Positions 15,101-28,655 of a stretch of DNA of 63,767 nucleotides are shown here, one piece after another (the stretch's first letter is position 1; the number at the start of each line of letters is the position of its first letter). This DNA comes from Bugula neritina (Eukaryota; Animalia; Bryozoa). The notes under the pieces were generated by a model. The model saw only the letters and a list, made by a program, of their open reading frames with translations, ran no database searches and was not told where the DNA came from. A program made the position numbers and the translations under genes. Where the stretch lies: assembly GCA_964035545.1 (NCBI GenBank), contig CAXIUT010000037.1, forward strand, positions 1-63,767, given 5' to 3'.

Positions 15101-17342
15101 AACTCAAAGAAAGTTGAAGCTTCAAGTTTAAAAGATTTGCAAATATCACAAAAAAATGCATAAATATTGATTCTTTTCGAAGGAGTAAAAGAACTTTTAT
15201 CCCAATTTATGAACTTACATCTTCAACCTTTTGATAAGTAAAAGACACAACATGATACTGACTCAGGTCTTTTTAGCTTTTATAGTTATAAAGCTTTTAT
15301 TCATTTAAAAATCTAAAGAAAACCTGGCTCAACTAAAAACAGAAAGATCATTGAAGAACAATTTATTTCTGAACTTCCTCAACTACTTGCTATCATAGCT
15401 GCCTGTTGGACATCCTCCTAGTTGCACAGTCAATATGGATTAACTAAATTAGGTCTTCCACTCTTCAATTATGAAAGCTTTCTAACTTTTAATAGAAATT
15501 TAGGATTAGCTCAAAGTAAACTATAAACTGAATAAACTATCTAAAGTTACTTAGTCAATCTTTTTAGAGTTCTTTTGAATACATATCGTAACTAAACTAT
15601 GAGAGCTCTAGTAAAATGTTGGAGAGATTCTGTTAAAGATCCTTAAACAAGAATTAAACTGTTATAATTGCTCATCTTTAGTGCACTTCCTATTTAACAT
15701 TTCTATGCTATGTTGGGATAAGCAATGGCACCGGAAAGAAGTAATAAAAAAGAAGACCTGGAACACTTTAATTTGAACATAGTTCAGAGCAAGATGTCTT
15801 ACAACTATGTCTTGCTTTCTCTCAGAATAGTTTCCAAAATGCTGGACTTTTCCAACCTCATAATCTTCTTAATATTTGGCTTGCTTTCCTGAGATTTATT
15901 AAGCTATTTTAAAACACAAGAAGTGTTTTGACTCTTTTCACATTGGTAGAGTTGATAGATGTATTTCTTTTAAAGAATAATCCTAAAGAAATCATTAAAG
16001 ATGAAAAAATTAAAAAAGAATGGCCGTTTATTGGTCTAATATTTACATAACTAATCTCAGTGTGCAGTGGAAAACTAAAAATAGATATTGCATCAGTCAA
16101 AAATCTTAAATTCAATGATATTTTACCTTTGCCTTCTTCAGCTTATCATGTCCTCAATACTAGTTTGAAGTAATAAAATCAGATGCCTTTAGCATTTCTG
16201 AGTTGGTAATAAATCCATCCTTCTAAGGGTAGTGAATACATGCGCTTGATCGGATTACTGATAGCTCGTAGAGTAAGTTTTAATTTTCTTTTGAATCAAT
16301 ATTCTGATAGTTAAATAAACCTCATAAAAAAAGCAAGAGAAGTCATAGTGGCTATTCTTCCTTTAGTTGAAGATAAAGAACAAAAAGATTTGATGGTATA
16401 AGGTGCAACTTAAGTTATTTTATGTTTACTTTAGAAGAAACCTATTTTTGTTAAATAACTTAAAAATTAGATTCTTCATATTTTTAATAAAGAAGATTTC
16501 TTTATTTGTTCTAGTAAAACTCTACAGAACTGGGCTAAAATTATTGATCTCTTGATTGATAATAATAAGGATCATGATATTTTCCAATAATATCTTGAAA
16601 AAGTATCATTGGCTAATTCTATTTTTAGTAGCTATACTTTTTAGACAAAAAAGAAGATCAAATCTTTTTGAAAGAATCTGTTTTATTCTTTACTCTGGTA
16701 AAAAAGATAAGTATACTTAAAAAGCTCAATTACTTATTGATAAAATTATAGAGGTGACTAAAAATACAGAAGTACCGCAACCAGTGTTAATTCTTATTTT
16801 TTTCTGTATTAGAATTCTTATTCTGAGAACTTCAGCTGAAAAGTTAACAAAACTACTGGCTAACATTTGGCAAAATATTATATTCCTTCTTACAAAAACT
16901 TTCAACACTTCTGCAAAACAGAATCAACTAAACCAACATTGGCTGCTCTTAAACTCATTGAAATGATATCATTGATGCAAATAGCCTAATTCATCCACAT
17001 CAATGGATGTTTTTCTATGATTTTGTGGGAGTTAAATTCACTAGTGATCCTGCCTAAAATGGAAAAGAACTTAAACTGAGTATCTATCCTAAAATATATC
17101 AATTTTTTGCCTTTGGGAGTTAGAATGGTTCGAGAAGAAGTTCCTAATCTCTAAGAGAAGAGGCATTTGATTATCAAAGAGGATAAAATTGACGATATTG
17201 AGCTACTAAGACTAAAGCTTTATTGTTGAGTTCGTATCTGGTGGCAAGCAATGGATGTAAAATGCATTTCGATATGAGGTAGGTGTAGGAACTAATTGAT
17301 AACGACTTTCTCAACTTGGATGAGTTCATATTCAAGGTTTGA
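12148..17342 (+). CDS. DOP1: Dopey/DOP1 family trafficking protein (several apparent frameshifts)
   Basis: Dopey N motifs DWSEL, KRLATSLNGALPVALHEATLELYEMLF, RRDTSVTRKINLWLFG; C-terminal FERICFILYSG and LAALKLIE...HQWMF; 20-nt intron 12431-12450; at least six indels. Confidence 0.85.
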
Positions 17343-17399
17343 TTTCTAGAGTTATCATTGTATGTATTATATCTATTGAACCAAATATTATTAAAATAG

Positions 17400-18896
17400 A
17401 TGCTGATTGCAATAGTGCATACAACTAATTTCGGTAAAATAGTTATCCATAAATATCCATACTAAAAAATACAACTAGAGCAAGAAGGTCTTTAAAAGTT
17501 GCAATCAACTGAAATACTTTAACTTATGTCTTTAAACTTTTGACTATTGTACATTCATATTTATAAAGTTGCAATTTATCGTAAACGTAATTTGATTTCA
17601 ACTTCTTCAGGTCCTCTTCCTGAAAAGGCGATAGTTGAGATGTTTACTGCTAATTAGAAAAGTTCTTCTGTGGTTTTGGGTATTGATGATGATTGCGTTT
17701 TGGTGACTCGATCATCTTTTCTTTCAAACAGAAAAACTAACAATCAATCTGAATACTAATCTTTTAGTGATAATGTGATTATGTATGATATTTATGACAA
17801 TGTAAAATCACAGGTTTTATCGATTACTTTAATTTGGAAGCAATAGTCATTTGAAAACGTAGAAGATACTAAAAATAGGTTATCTTTTTTATTGGGAGTT
17901 TTGGAAAGAAAAGAACAGAATGAACAATTTTTGACAAAAGAGATTAATAGAATTATGGAATAAAGACAAAAACTTAAAAAGAAAATTAAAGATCTATTAA
18001 ATGTTAATACAAAATAGAATAGTAATAACTATGAGTAAATAAGAATCAAAATACTTGCTCGTTAGATTTAAAATACAGCTAAAACTGTTCGTGATCAAAT
18101 CTCTCTTTTCCTTTTGCTCAAAAAGTATCACGAATGTTGGATAAAGGGATAAATTTTCTAACTCAAATAATATGAAAATTACTGGGAAGGGACCATTGGA
18201 TCTCATACTGATCTATCAGAACCAACTCCTGAACTAATAGAAAGTCTGTAACACAAAACATTAGTCATAATTCCACCTAAATTAGCAGAACTACCTCAAG
18301 TTTTGTACTCAGAACGAGTAAAACATTTATATGAAAGAGGATTTTCATTTAATAATTACTCAATTAAACAGCTTTTGTAGAAAAATAAATAGATGGTGGC
18401 ATCTTAATTATATCATACTGCTAATTTTTTATTAAAAAATAATTTAGCAGTCGATATCTATCCAATTGTGCACCCGTCATTTTATAATTTGTTCTGTTTG
18501 AGGGATCTTCCTTCTAGATCATTGATTTAAAAGTTTAATAATCGCATCTTTCCTGGTAAAAGTCTACTAGATATTCTTAATGACTATTCTAAATACAAAG
18601 TTGCTACGGAATAGGAATAAACTTTAAAATATCTGCTTTTGAAGGGAATAGTTCGATAGGTTGCTATTTATATCTATCGTCGCCCTTCAGGTGATCAAGA
18701 TCGAGAATAATATGATTCCAATGAGAAGTTGGTGTATGAATATATTGATAAGTACAGCATGACCAATAAGGATCTTAATTATTTGCTTGCAGTTGAGCCT
18801 TTGTGTTATCGTTCTGGATCACTGTTAAGTAATATAATCAAATTCATCAAAAACCACTCAAAAGAGTGGGGATTTTACTTTGTTGAGTCGATATGA
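17400..18896 (+). CDS. NPRL3: NPR3/NPRL3-like (GATOR1 subunit) protein
   Basis: MLIAIVHTTNFGKIVIHKYP and VLERKEQNEQFLTKEI resemble NPRL3. Needs the 20-nt intron 17549-17568 and a +1 shift at TTT-TGA 17538-17543. Confidence 0.6.
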
Positions 18897-18963
18897 TCTT
18901 TTTAACTTTTAATTTTTGATTTGTAAAGATATAAAAGGGTATTGAAGTAATTCTATAATACAT

Positions 18964-19354
18964 ATGCCCAAAGTATTTGTTTAGTACTTATAAGGTGAAA
19001 ACCTTTATGTTTGCATGCGTTGCCAAACACATCTCAGCTCTTTAGGTGAACTTGTCTCCAAAGCTTTCCGTGGTCAACATGGTACTGCCTACCTATTCAA
19101 TTCTGTGTATTTCTGTTTTTATTCAGAATTAATGTTAGATCTGGTCCTCCTTCACGTAAAAGTTTGACTACTGGTATTCACACAGTCTGTGATATATTTT
19201 GCGTTGTTTGTAACATTCCTGAACCAGTTGGCTGGAGATATGTTAGTGGATATTGATATAGATAGCTGCAGAGTAACAGGATCAGAAGTACAAAGAGGGA
19301 AGATTTATTTTGTAAGCAGCATTAATTGATAAAGCACAATGGAATTCAGATTGA
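18964..19354 (+). CDS. YPEL: Yippee-like (YPEL) zinc-binding protein
   Basis: CMRCQTHL, SKAFRGQHGTAYLFNSV, LTTGIHTVCDIFC, GWRY, QKYKEGRFILE; 20-nt introns 19107-19126 and 19242-19261. Confidence 0.95.
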
Positions 19355-19388
19355 TTTTCATATCCAAAACCTTTAATAATGCTATTTA

Positions 19389-22300
19389 ATGAATCAACAC
19401 AAGAAACCATCTACTATTGTATAACAAAATAAACCATAATTACAATTAGCATTACTATCACCTGAGATATAGGACAAAGAAGTAGCTGAAAGATAAATCT
19501 CAATCAAAAATGGATCATTATATGAGTATAAAGTTGTAGGAGATCAGTCACATGAACACAATAGTATCCATAACAAGAAATATACAGTTTGGACTTTTGT
19601 GCCTTTGGTGATGATAGGATAATTCAGGCATTTCTTTAATTTATTCTATCTAATTACTGCTATTTCGCAATTTATACCTGTTTTTAAAGTTGGACTTCTC
19701 TTTACCTATCTTGCTCCTTTACTAGTTGTTCTTCTACTTACTTTGTTGAAAGAAGGATATGAAGATTATCATAGATACAAAACAGACAAAGAAATTAACT
19801 CGCTTCTTTTCAAGTAAAACTACAATTATCAAGTAAAATTTAATTAAACAAAAAAATATCAACCAAATCTGAATAACTGAAAGTAGGAGATATCATTGAA
19901 GTCAATCCTGGAGATAACATACCTGCTGATTGCATTTTTATCTCCTCTTTGTACTTTATAATTAATCTAGAGACCAGCAATCAACAATGTTTATCAAAAC
20001 AGATCAATTGGATGGGTAAACAGATTGGAAATTGAGGAAAGTAGCAATTATGGGATAATTTCCTTAGGAATTCAGAGTGTAATTGAATCATCCTTAAGCT
20101 GGTATTTATTAATTTGTTGGAAGTTTAGATATATCTGGTGTAAAAATGAGTCTTAGTTTATAAAATACTTTGTGGAGAGGAGCGAAAGTAGCTGTTGGTC
20201 ATGCTTTATTGCTTGTAATATACACTGGTAGAGATACTAAACTTTCACTAAATTCTAAATAATCTAGAAATAAATTCGGAATACTCGATGAGTAGTTAAA
20301 TTTATTCAGTAAAGTTCTTTTTTTAATTTTACTTATTCTTTCTATATTGCTTGTATTACTTAGAGGTCAATATGTTTCTTTTATCAATTGCATTATTTTT
20401 CTTATAAAATATTTTTTATTACTATGCTCTATAATACCAATTAGTATGCGTGTTAATCTTGATTTTGCAAAACTTCTTTATAAGTATCAAATTGATAATG
20501 ATTAATAGCTTTAGGGGTGTCAGTGTAGAAATAGTAATATTCCTGAATAGTTGGGTCGTGTTCATTATGTGCTAACTGATAAGACTGGAACTCTTACTTG
20601 TAATTAGATGTTGTTTAAAAAGTTAATGATTGGATAAGCTTTATCTTTTGATAGTTAGGAAATTGATAGAATTCGAAAAATACTTTAAAAATAAGAGTAT
20701 AATAACTATGATTAACTAACTCGATATAAACTTGTGAATTCTTTGTTTGCTTTAGCGATATGCAACAATGTGATTACTGCCATTGAGAATGAATAAAGGA
20801 TATTGCAGGGAAGTTCTCCAGATGAGTTAGCTTTGGTTAAATTTGTTTAATAAGTCGGATTTACTTTGAAAGAGAGAAACGACGAATATTTAATCATTAA
20901 TAACATTTAAAATTAATAAAATTATTAGATACTAGATATATTTCCTTTCACATCTTAGTCCAAATGCATGGGAATAATAGTTAAAACTAATGATCAAATA
21001 ATATATTATCTAAAAGGAGCAGATTCTGTTATGCATGATAAAATTCCTCCTCTTGATGCTCACTACATGTCTGAAACTTGTCTGGATCTTGCTAGAGAAG
21101 GATTAAGAACATTAGTTGTTACTAGAAAAATCCTTTCTTAATAAGGTATTTTCCTTTGTTATTTAGTTTATTCTCGATGGAAAAGATAGTATGTTAATGC
21201 TTGCACAAGTCTCAAAAACAGGTAACAAAAAATATCATAATGCCGTTTGTCTTTAGATCAAGGCATGTAGTTTATATGTGTGACTGGAATTGAAGATAAA
21301 TTGCAAGAAGGAGTGGTTGAAACAGTGGCTTCTCTTAGATCTATTGGTATCAAGGTGTGGATGTTGACTGGGGATAAAATATAGACTGCTATCTGTGTGG
21401 GAAGGGCAATTAAATTGATACAAGGTAGAGATTAGCTTTTATTTGTTATTGAGGGTGTGAGTAGTTAAAAAATGTTTTGTTAGAAAATGGATTAACTATA
21501 TAAGTAACTACAAATTTAAAAATATTCTTTGTCTGATAGTATTAAATGTGTATTGGTTATTGATGGAAAATCTTTATATTATGCTTTAAACAGCTTTAAA
21601 AATTAATTTTTTAATTTAGTAGTTAGATTACCTGCAATAATCTGTTCTAGAGTCTCTCCTACTCAAAAGGCTGAAATAGCACTTTTGGTTCGTGAATTTG
21701 GATAAGGCAGGGTTTTGGGCATTGGTGATGGAGGCAACGATGTTGCTCTTATTCAAAGCGCACATGTAGGTGTTGGTATTTATGGACTTTAAGGAATCCA
21801 GGCTGCTTTAGCTAGCGATTTTTCAATATCGAAATTTAACGATTTGAATGGACTGATGTACTGGCATGGAAGACTATCATATCGTCGAAGTTGCATGCTT
21901 TCTCAATTTATCATTCATAGAGGTGCTATAATTACAATAATGCAGACAATATTTTGTATTTAATATTATTTTGTAACTTTGCCTATCTACAATAGTTTCT
22001 TACTTCTAGGTTATTCGACTATCTTTACAATGCTACCTGTCTTTTCTCTTGTCCTTGATGAAGATTTGACCAGACAAATGGCCTTAGATTATCCTATTTT
22101 ATACAAACGCTCGCAAAATGGTTAAGAACTGTCTGTTGCTACTTTCATATATTGGATATTTATTTCTGTGTATCAGGTACATCATTTATCATTTAGGGTA
22201 GTATTATTATGTTAGTTATCGAGATGTTAGTTAAAAATTAAAGCTTTTATATGATAAGCACGATATCTTTTACTTGTCTTGTTATCATTTAATTTTTAAA

Positions 22301-22592
22301 TATCTTTACAGAGTTACATAGAATTAAGTTTGCTCAAATAATAAGTATTTTTACATCTTTAGGTTTATATTTGTTACTTATTTTCTTATTTAAAAATGTT
22401 CTAAATGGAATCTAACTCTTCTAAGTAAAATATATTATTCCTACTTTTGCTATAGTGTTTATAGCTTGGGGACCTCCCTTCTTGATCGAAGTATTTAAAA
22501 GAATTATAAATCCAACTGAAGAACAAAAACTTATGAGAAATAGTTAAATTCTTTCAAAATAATCTTCTGAAAAGGAAACAATCGAAACTTGA
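19389..22592 (+). CDS. ATP9: P4-type ATPase phospholipid flippase, ATP9/NEO1 class
   Basis: [54 protein letters not shown]; 20-nt introns 19814-19833, 19951-19970 and 22177-22196, plus a probable 21-nt intron 21146-21166. Confidence 0.96.
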
Positions 22593-22640
22593 ATTATTTT
22601 ATATAGTCAGTTAATATAAAATAAGAATGATTCATTAATA

Positions 22641-24391
22641 TCATTTAAATTGTTTTTTCTTGCCAATTGATCTATCTAGTTCTCTGACATATTAAACTCC
22701 TTTAAGAAATCCTGAACTTTTTACTGTAGCTAATTTATTAAATTTAATTGGACTTTTGCTTCTAGCAGTAGCTAATCCTTTGTTAGAGCTAGTATATAAA
22801 GAATCTTTTATTTATTTGCTCTTGCTTTTATCTCGAATACTTTTCATATTTTTTTTCTTTGATCCACTATGATAAGAAGTATCTTTTTTTTACTTCGATA
22901 AAAGTTTAGCCAATCCAACTGAAGTATAAATATTATCTTCTTTATTAGTTTTCTTTCTAAAAAAGTTATCTTTTTCTTTGCTTTTACTTCTTTTGTTTTG
23001 AGAATGTTCACTATTTCTAGATTTTCCCTTTCCCTTAGTACTTCTGTTTGATTGCTGACTAATATCTTTTACCATTCGACTTTTAATTGGTTTTTTTGAT
23101 AATCTAGCTTCCTGATAGTACTCGTATATACCTTCATCATGATATCTTAAATAGAAAAACATGTCAAACAGTTTGTCATATCTTCTTTCCATTCTTAACT
23201 ATTCCCAGTTGAATTATTTTTAGGTAAATTAACTATGAATATAATTCATGTAAAGGTTAAGACGGGTGGGCATTAATTATTGTTTACTTTGTATTTTTTA
23301 CCAATTAATATTTTTTAACCATTTTGATTTTCTTATTTAATGATAGTTACATAATCTTTGAGAAGGATTTTCTCGAATTAATGCTTAAACTAACTATCTG
23401 AAAGCTGGTGAATTGCCTTAATATGAAGGTTCTTAGTCTCTGAAGAAAGGAGGAACTCCTCTAACCATTTCATAAATGATAGCTCCCATAGTATAAAAGT
23501 CAGCAGGATAGCTATAGCCTTCATCTTATTTAGTTTAGTATGCCATATACTATGGACTACCACAATGAGAATAAGCAAGATCTTATTTTTCAATATTAAT
23601 TCGACATAATCCGAAATCACCAAGTCTGAGATGACCATCAAAATCTACCATGATATTTTAAGGCTGTATAGCGATATAAATACCTTCAAATCTCGATATA
23701 AAACCTTATTTTTATGAAGTTATTCCATTGCAAGCATAACTTCTGCAAAGCATAGTTTAGACTCTTCCTAAGTGAGTCTTTTCTGAGTCAGATGATAGAA
23801 AAACTCTCCTCCTGGATAGAACTCAAGAAGTAAGTTGAGATGGGCTTCGCTTTAGAAAGCTGCTTATAGCTGAGTAGCGAAAGGAATATGTGGAATTATT
23901 TCACATAGGATTTTTTTTTCTCTTAATACACTTTCTAAAGTTTTGAATTATTTGAAGTATTCTTTCTTAATTTGTTTTAAAGCAAATAATTTGGCACTAG
24001 CTAAGTGTCTAACCAAAAATACAGCAGCTGAGATTCCTTAACCTAGACATGCCAAAAATTTAAAGTCAGCGAGAGTAGGTCCAGTTTATTAACTTACAAA
24101 TTACTGAAGAATCAGATCGAAGCATTGATTGTTTTTAATTCCAGCTAGCTTGTATTAAGGTCTTTGTAGAGCATAATCTAAAGTAAAGAATCCTTCTCTT
24201 GAGGCCAATCCGATGATAAGCTAAAACTTTCTTGCTAACTTTTATCTAACTTAATAGATGAGATCACCAACAGAATCATTAGTTTTCATGGTGATGCGAA
24301 GTAGGTGTTAGTCTTGATAGTAGATGTGGAGGACAATTGGCAGTGGTTGTCTTCTGACTGTTTATTCTGATTAGTTCCGAACTTTATACAT
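22641..24391 (-). CDS. AGC-family Ser/Thr kinase
   Basis: LADFKFLACLGEG, FALK, LEFYPGGEFF, YRDLKPEN, DFG, SYCGSPEYMA; 20-nt intron 23664-23683. Confidence 0.93.
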
Positions 24392-24486
24392 TTAATTTCT
24401 ATTCTTGCTAACCAACAAATATTATATATTTCTGAATCAAATTTTAAAAAAACCAGCTAATTAAAAATATTTATAAAACATAAGAT

Positions 24487-25539
24487 TCAAATCAATATAC
24501 AGCAAGTGGATGATGAATTTTGATTTTATTATGAGTACTGATTTCCTTGTTCTTCTACAACTCTTATGCTTGTATTTTAATCTATTTTTTTATTGAGTAT
24601 TCTTGGTTAACATCTTTTTTGTAAGTTACTGTTTTGTTTTTGATGTCTTTAATTATGATTATGAATTGAAGAAGATGATTATTATACGATTGGAGCTATC
24701 ACTTTTGAATTATATTTATTTTTGTCTTTTGAAAAATATGGCTAATTAACGATACGGATACTTGTATGTTAATCTGGTCTTAAAATATGAATATTAGGTT
24801 AATTTTATTAATTTTTATAATTATTTAAATTCTTTTTATTTTGAATCTTATAATCATTGTATTTTTTATCTTTTATTATGATTTACTACTTTTTGATATC
24901 AGAATATTTTATTTATTTTTCAGATGGATAATTAATTTTATTTGCTATGTTATCAATTTTTTTATTATTTTGTAAATTGTGATATCCTTGTTATTTAACA
25001 ACACGGATACTTGTATGTTAATCTGGTCTTAAAACTTATATTTTTGGTTAATTTAATTCTTTTCTATTAGAATTATGATTATTTTTTTATTTCTACTTTT
25101 GAATGTGATATTTAGGTTCTTAAAATTTCTTTTATTTTTCTTATTTTTTATGAATATCAAGAGGTTTTAGTTCTTTTCGATTATTATTGAAATATTTTTA
25201 TTTTTAGATAACATCTCTTTTTCTAGATTGAATGATGTTATCATCTTTATGAATTTGATATTTAGGTTCTTCAATTTTTATTTATTTAGGTTATTATTTT
25301 GGAATGAGAGAGGCCATATCTAGCATATCGAGGACATAGTTATTAGTTCTAGCTTTTGATTTGTCATATTATTATCGACAGAAAGGACATTTGTGATTGA
25401 TGCCATCAAGTTGTTAAAGACATTTGGAACATAGAGAATGATGGTTTATACAAATTAGTTTGGGAATATGATTGATTTTATCGTATCTTATGCAACATAT
25501 TTTGCAAGAGAGTTTATCTTTTATTTAACTTAGATTCAT
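24487..25539 (-). CDS. RING-finger protein with C-terminal CaaX (…TCCILI)
   Basis: CKIC...PKLICINHHSLCSKC...CPFC; 351 codons; no intron. Confidence 0.88.
24754..25034. repeat. 32-nt direct repeat within the RING gene linker (24754-24785 and 25003-25034)
   Basis: ACGGATACTTGTATGTTAATCTGGTCTTAAAA occurs twice. Confidence 0.9.
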
Positions 25540-25675
25540 TAATAATTTTATATAGTTAATAATCATAAATAAATATTGCAAGTTTTTAGATTAATTATTA
25601 TATTTAACAATCAAATATAAAAGTTTTTTTTTGAGATATTTTTTGATAATTTTATTGAATTTAATCAAAAAGCTA

Positions 25676-26065
25676 TCACATTATATCACAGCATCCTTAA
25701 GTTACTTAATTATGTTGCATATATCGATTTATTTTCGACATATTAATAATTTTTTTTCTATTTGCTAGTTGTTTAATCAACTTGATCGAAATTAAACTAT
25801 TTATATTGTTTCTTTTTCATTTTATCTTCATCGACAAAAGGTACTATGTCTAATAGATCAATCAAGTAATTATTATTGGTCACTTTTTATTTATTAACTA
25901 TTTATCTGCAGAAAGGACATTTTAGCTATGTATTTTTATATTGATTTAGACATTCTGAGCAAATGGAATGATGATAGGTACATATTAGTTGAGGAATATT
26001 GTTCTATCATAAGGTAAGTAGCATATTTTGCATGAAGTTTTTTAGTCTAATTGCCTTTGATTCAT
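25676..26065 (-). pseudogene. RING-CaaX paralog with two compensating frameshifts (pseudogene or sequencing error)
   Basis: CKIC is in the start frame, PQLICTYHHSICSEC...CPFC in a shifted frame, and the GCCDIM-stop tail back in the start frame. Confidence 0.65.
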
Positions 26066-26458
26066 TGAAAAATATATTTTATTTGTTCTTATTATTAAAT
26101 TCTAATAGTAAATTGATAAGATAAATGAGAAAATGAGAAAAAGACAAAAATTTAATTAATTTTTAATTTTTAATATAATAATTAAATAATCAGATTAGTT
26201 CAATATTAGATAATTTATTAATCTTTGATTCTTTTTATTGATTGAAATGATTGAAAACTATGTTTTTTAATTCATATTTAATAAAAATAATATATTTATG
26301 AGCTAATTTATTTAATGTACTATGACTAAGATAAATTTATTTTATTGATTTCTCTAAATTTATTTTTGAATATTTAGTATAAAATATATTTATTGACTTT
26401 AAATATATCTTAATCAAATATTTAGTGAAAATAAAATACAATCATAGTAAATATTTTA

Positions 26459-27235
26459 TCACATTATGTGACAAGAACAACAACAATCTTGTTTTTTGTC
26501 TTTTATTTTTTTATTTTTTACTTATTCAACCGTCTTTTATACTTTATTGACTTATTTGTATTTATCTCCATTGTTATTTTATTTTAATTATGTTCTTGAA
26601 AATTAAGGATTAATATTCTTATCTCTATCTTTTAATTCTTTAACCTAATTATCGTTCTTATTAATCTAAATTGAATTAATCTTTACAAATTTCTCATTTA
26701 ATTTATTTTTATTTGATTTTTAGTTATTTTCTGGTTAAGAAGATTTTTAATATTTCTTTTATTCCTGTTTTTATCTCTATTAAGGATGTTATTTTTTCTA
26801 AGATTTTGATTATTTATTGTGTATTTACTATTATGATTTAGACTATTAGATAAAAACAGTAGCATTAGATCTATTTATTAGTTTTTATTTCCAATTCGAA
26901 GGATCATTTATTATTCTAGTTAAATTTAAAGGATTATTCTTTTTGTTATTTAATTCTAGATCTTTTTCTTACTTACTTTCAATCTTTTTGCTTGATATTT
27001 TAGTTTAATCCAATAAAGGTATAATTTATAGCAAACTAAGCATATCTTTGTTATCTGTAGTTTTGTTTTTATTAATTTATTATCTACAAAAGGGACATGT
27101 TAGTTGTTAAACTAAACAGACAGAACAAATCGAGTGATGATAAGAGCAAATTAATTTGGGTATATGTGCTACAGAGTCATATTGAATGCAACATATTGGG
27201 CAGGATGTTTTTTATTTTAACTTGCTTCTTTCCAT
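26459..27235 (-). CDS. RING-finger protein with C-terminal CaaX (…DCCCSCHIM)
   Basis: CPIC...PKLICSYHHSICSVC...CPFC; 259 codons. Confidence 0.88.
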
Positions 27236-27599
27236 GAAGATTACTATATAATAAGTATTAATTTAAGCGATACTTAAATAATAAATGAATAATAAGAAAA
27301 GAATAATGAATTCTGATATTGTTAAATATAAATTAAAAAAGAAAATCTGTTCTCAGTGATTTTATTCAAAAGATTTTTTATTTTTTAAAAAATAGGTTAT
27401 TGATAATTTCAGGATATAAAAAAGATATCATTTATTTTTATTTCAAAGGGGTAGTTTTGAATAAGTCAAGTATTTTGCTAATTTAGGAGATAAAATAATA
27501 GATATAGTTTTTAAGATAGATTGCCGTTATTTTCCTCATCAGAATTCTTCAATTATATAAATAGTTTATGGTCTTCCATCAACTGCCCATAATTATTAA

Positions 27600-28655
27600 A
27601 TGTCAGAACTCGACCTCAAATAACCTATCTTTGACGATGATCTCGTTATAAGTGAAAAAGTATCCCTTCAACCCAGTCGTCAGTCCTTTGGATTTGACTC
27701 TAATTCCTCTATCAAAAAATAATCAAACCAAACAAACCCTATTCGTGCTAGTAATTTTCGTTTTAGTGAAAACAACTTCACCAAAGATTCATCTCCAGTA
27801 AAAGTCAATACATCTATCCTTCGGTCTCTTGATAAACCTAATAATCTGAGTCTTTAAACGAGGGCTAATGAAGAAACTAAAAATAGCTCTTCTTTTCTGG
27901 AAGAAATTAATGAATCAGAAATGTTTTAATGTCAACACAAACTATTTATGAATTAAACATGCAAGATATGTAATGGTATTGGGTATGTTAAGGGAGGTAG
28001 CAATTTGATTAAATTCTTTGAATTTGTAATCGGATTTAAATTCAGAAAGAATTAATCTTATAAAGATAAAAAACTCACTAATAAAACATACAATCAAGTT
28101 AATAACTTTTGTAAAGATTTCTATAGTAATGTTGATAAAGAGTCCAACATTCGAGGGACTACTGTTAATTGTACTTATAAAATGGCAGGTAGGCACAGTT
28201 AGACTCCTATGGGCATTGCTTCATCTGCAAATATAACCTCTAAGCATTCTAAAGTGAGATTGAGTTAGTTGGATCGATACGAATATAAGAGTAGTAAAAT
28301 GAGTTGTAAGAAAGATCTGTTAGAAGAAGCTAATAGTCTAATAACGGTTCATGAAGATTATAATTGTGACTTATGTAAAGTATTTCCTATTATTGGTCCT
28401 CGCTATCACTGTAATGAATGTCATGATTATGATCTTTGTGAGGAATGTCATCGAGAGTATTCTCATGTGCATTTGATGACAAGAGTTGATAAGTGTGGAA
28501 AGGGAAAGCAGCTGTAAAATATTTTAATTTGCTTGTCTAAGCCTATTAATCAGGAGAAGAGTAGTTCTGGAGGAGGAAGAATATCACTAAGACCTCCACC
28601 TAATATCATGATGGATAATCAAGAACACAAAACAACTAAAAGCGCCATTCGGTGA
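27600..28655 (+). CDS. ZZ-type zinc finger protein
   Basis: VHEDYNCDLCKVFPIIGPRYHCNECHDYDLCEEC...H.H; further Cys clusters upstream. Confidence 0.9.

Noticed and set aside
17541-17543. In-frame TGA read-through (Sec/Trp/Cys) in the NPRL3-like gene
   Set aside because: A consensus 20-nt intron follows immediately, so a one-base shift explains the frame better. I saw no other internal TGA at conserved sites.
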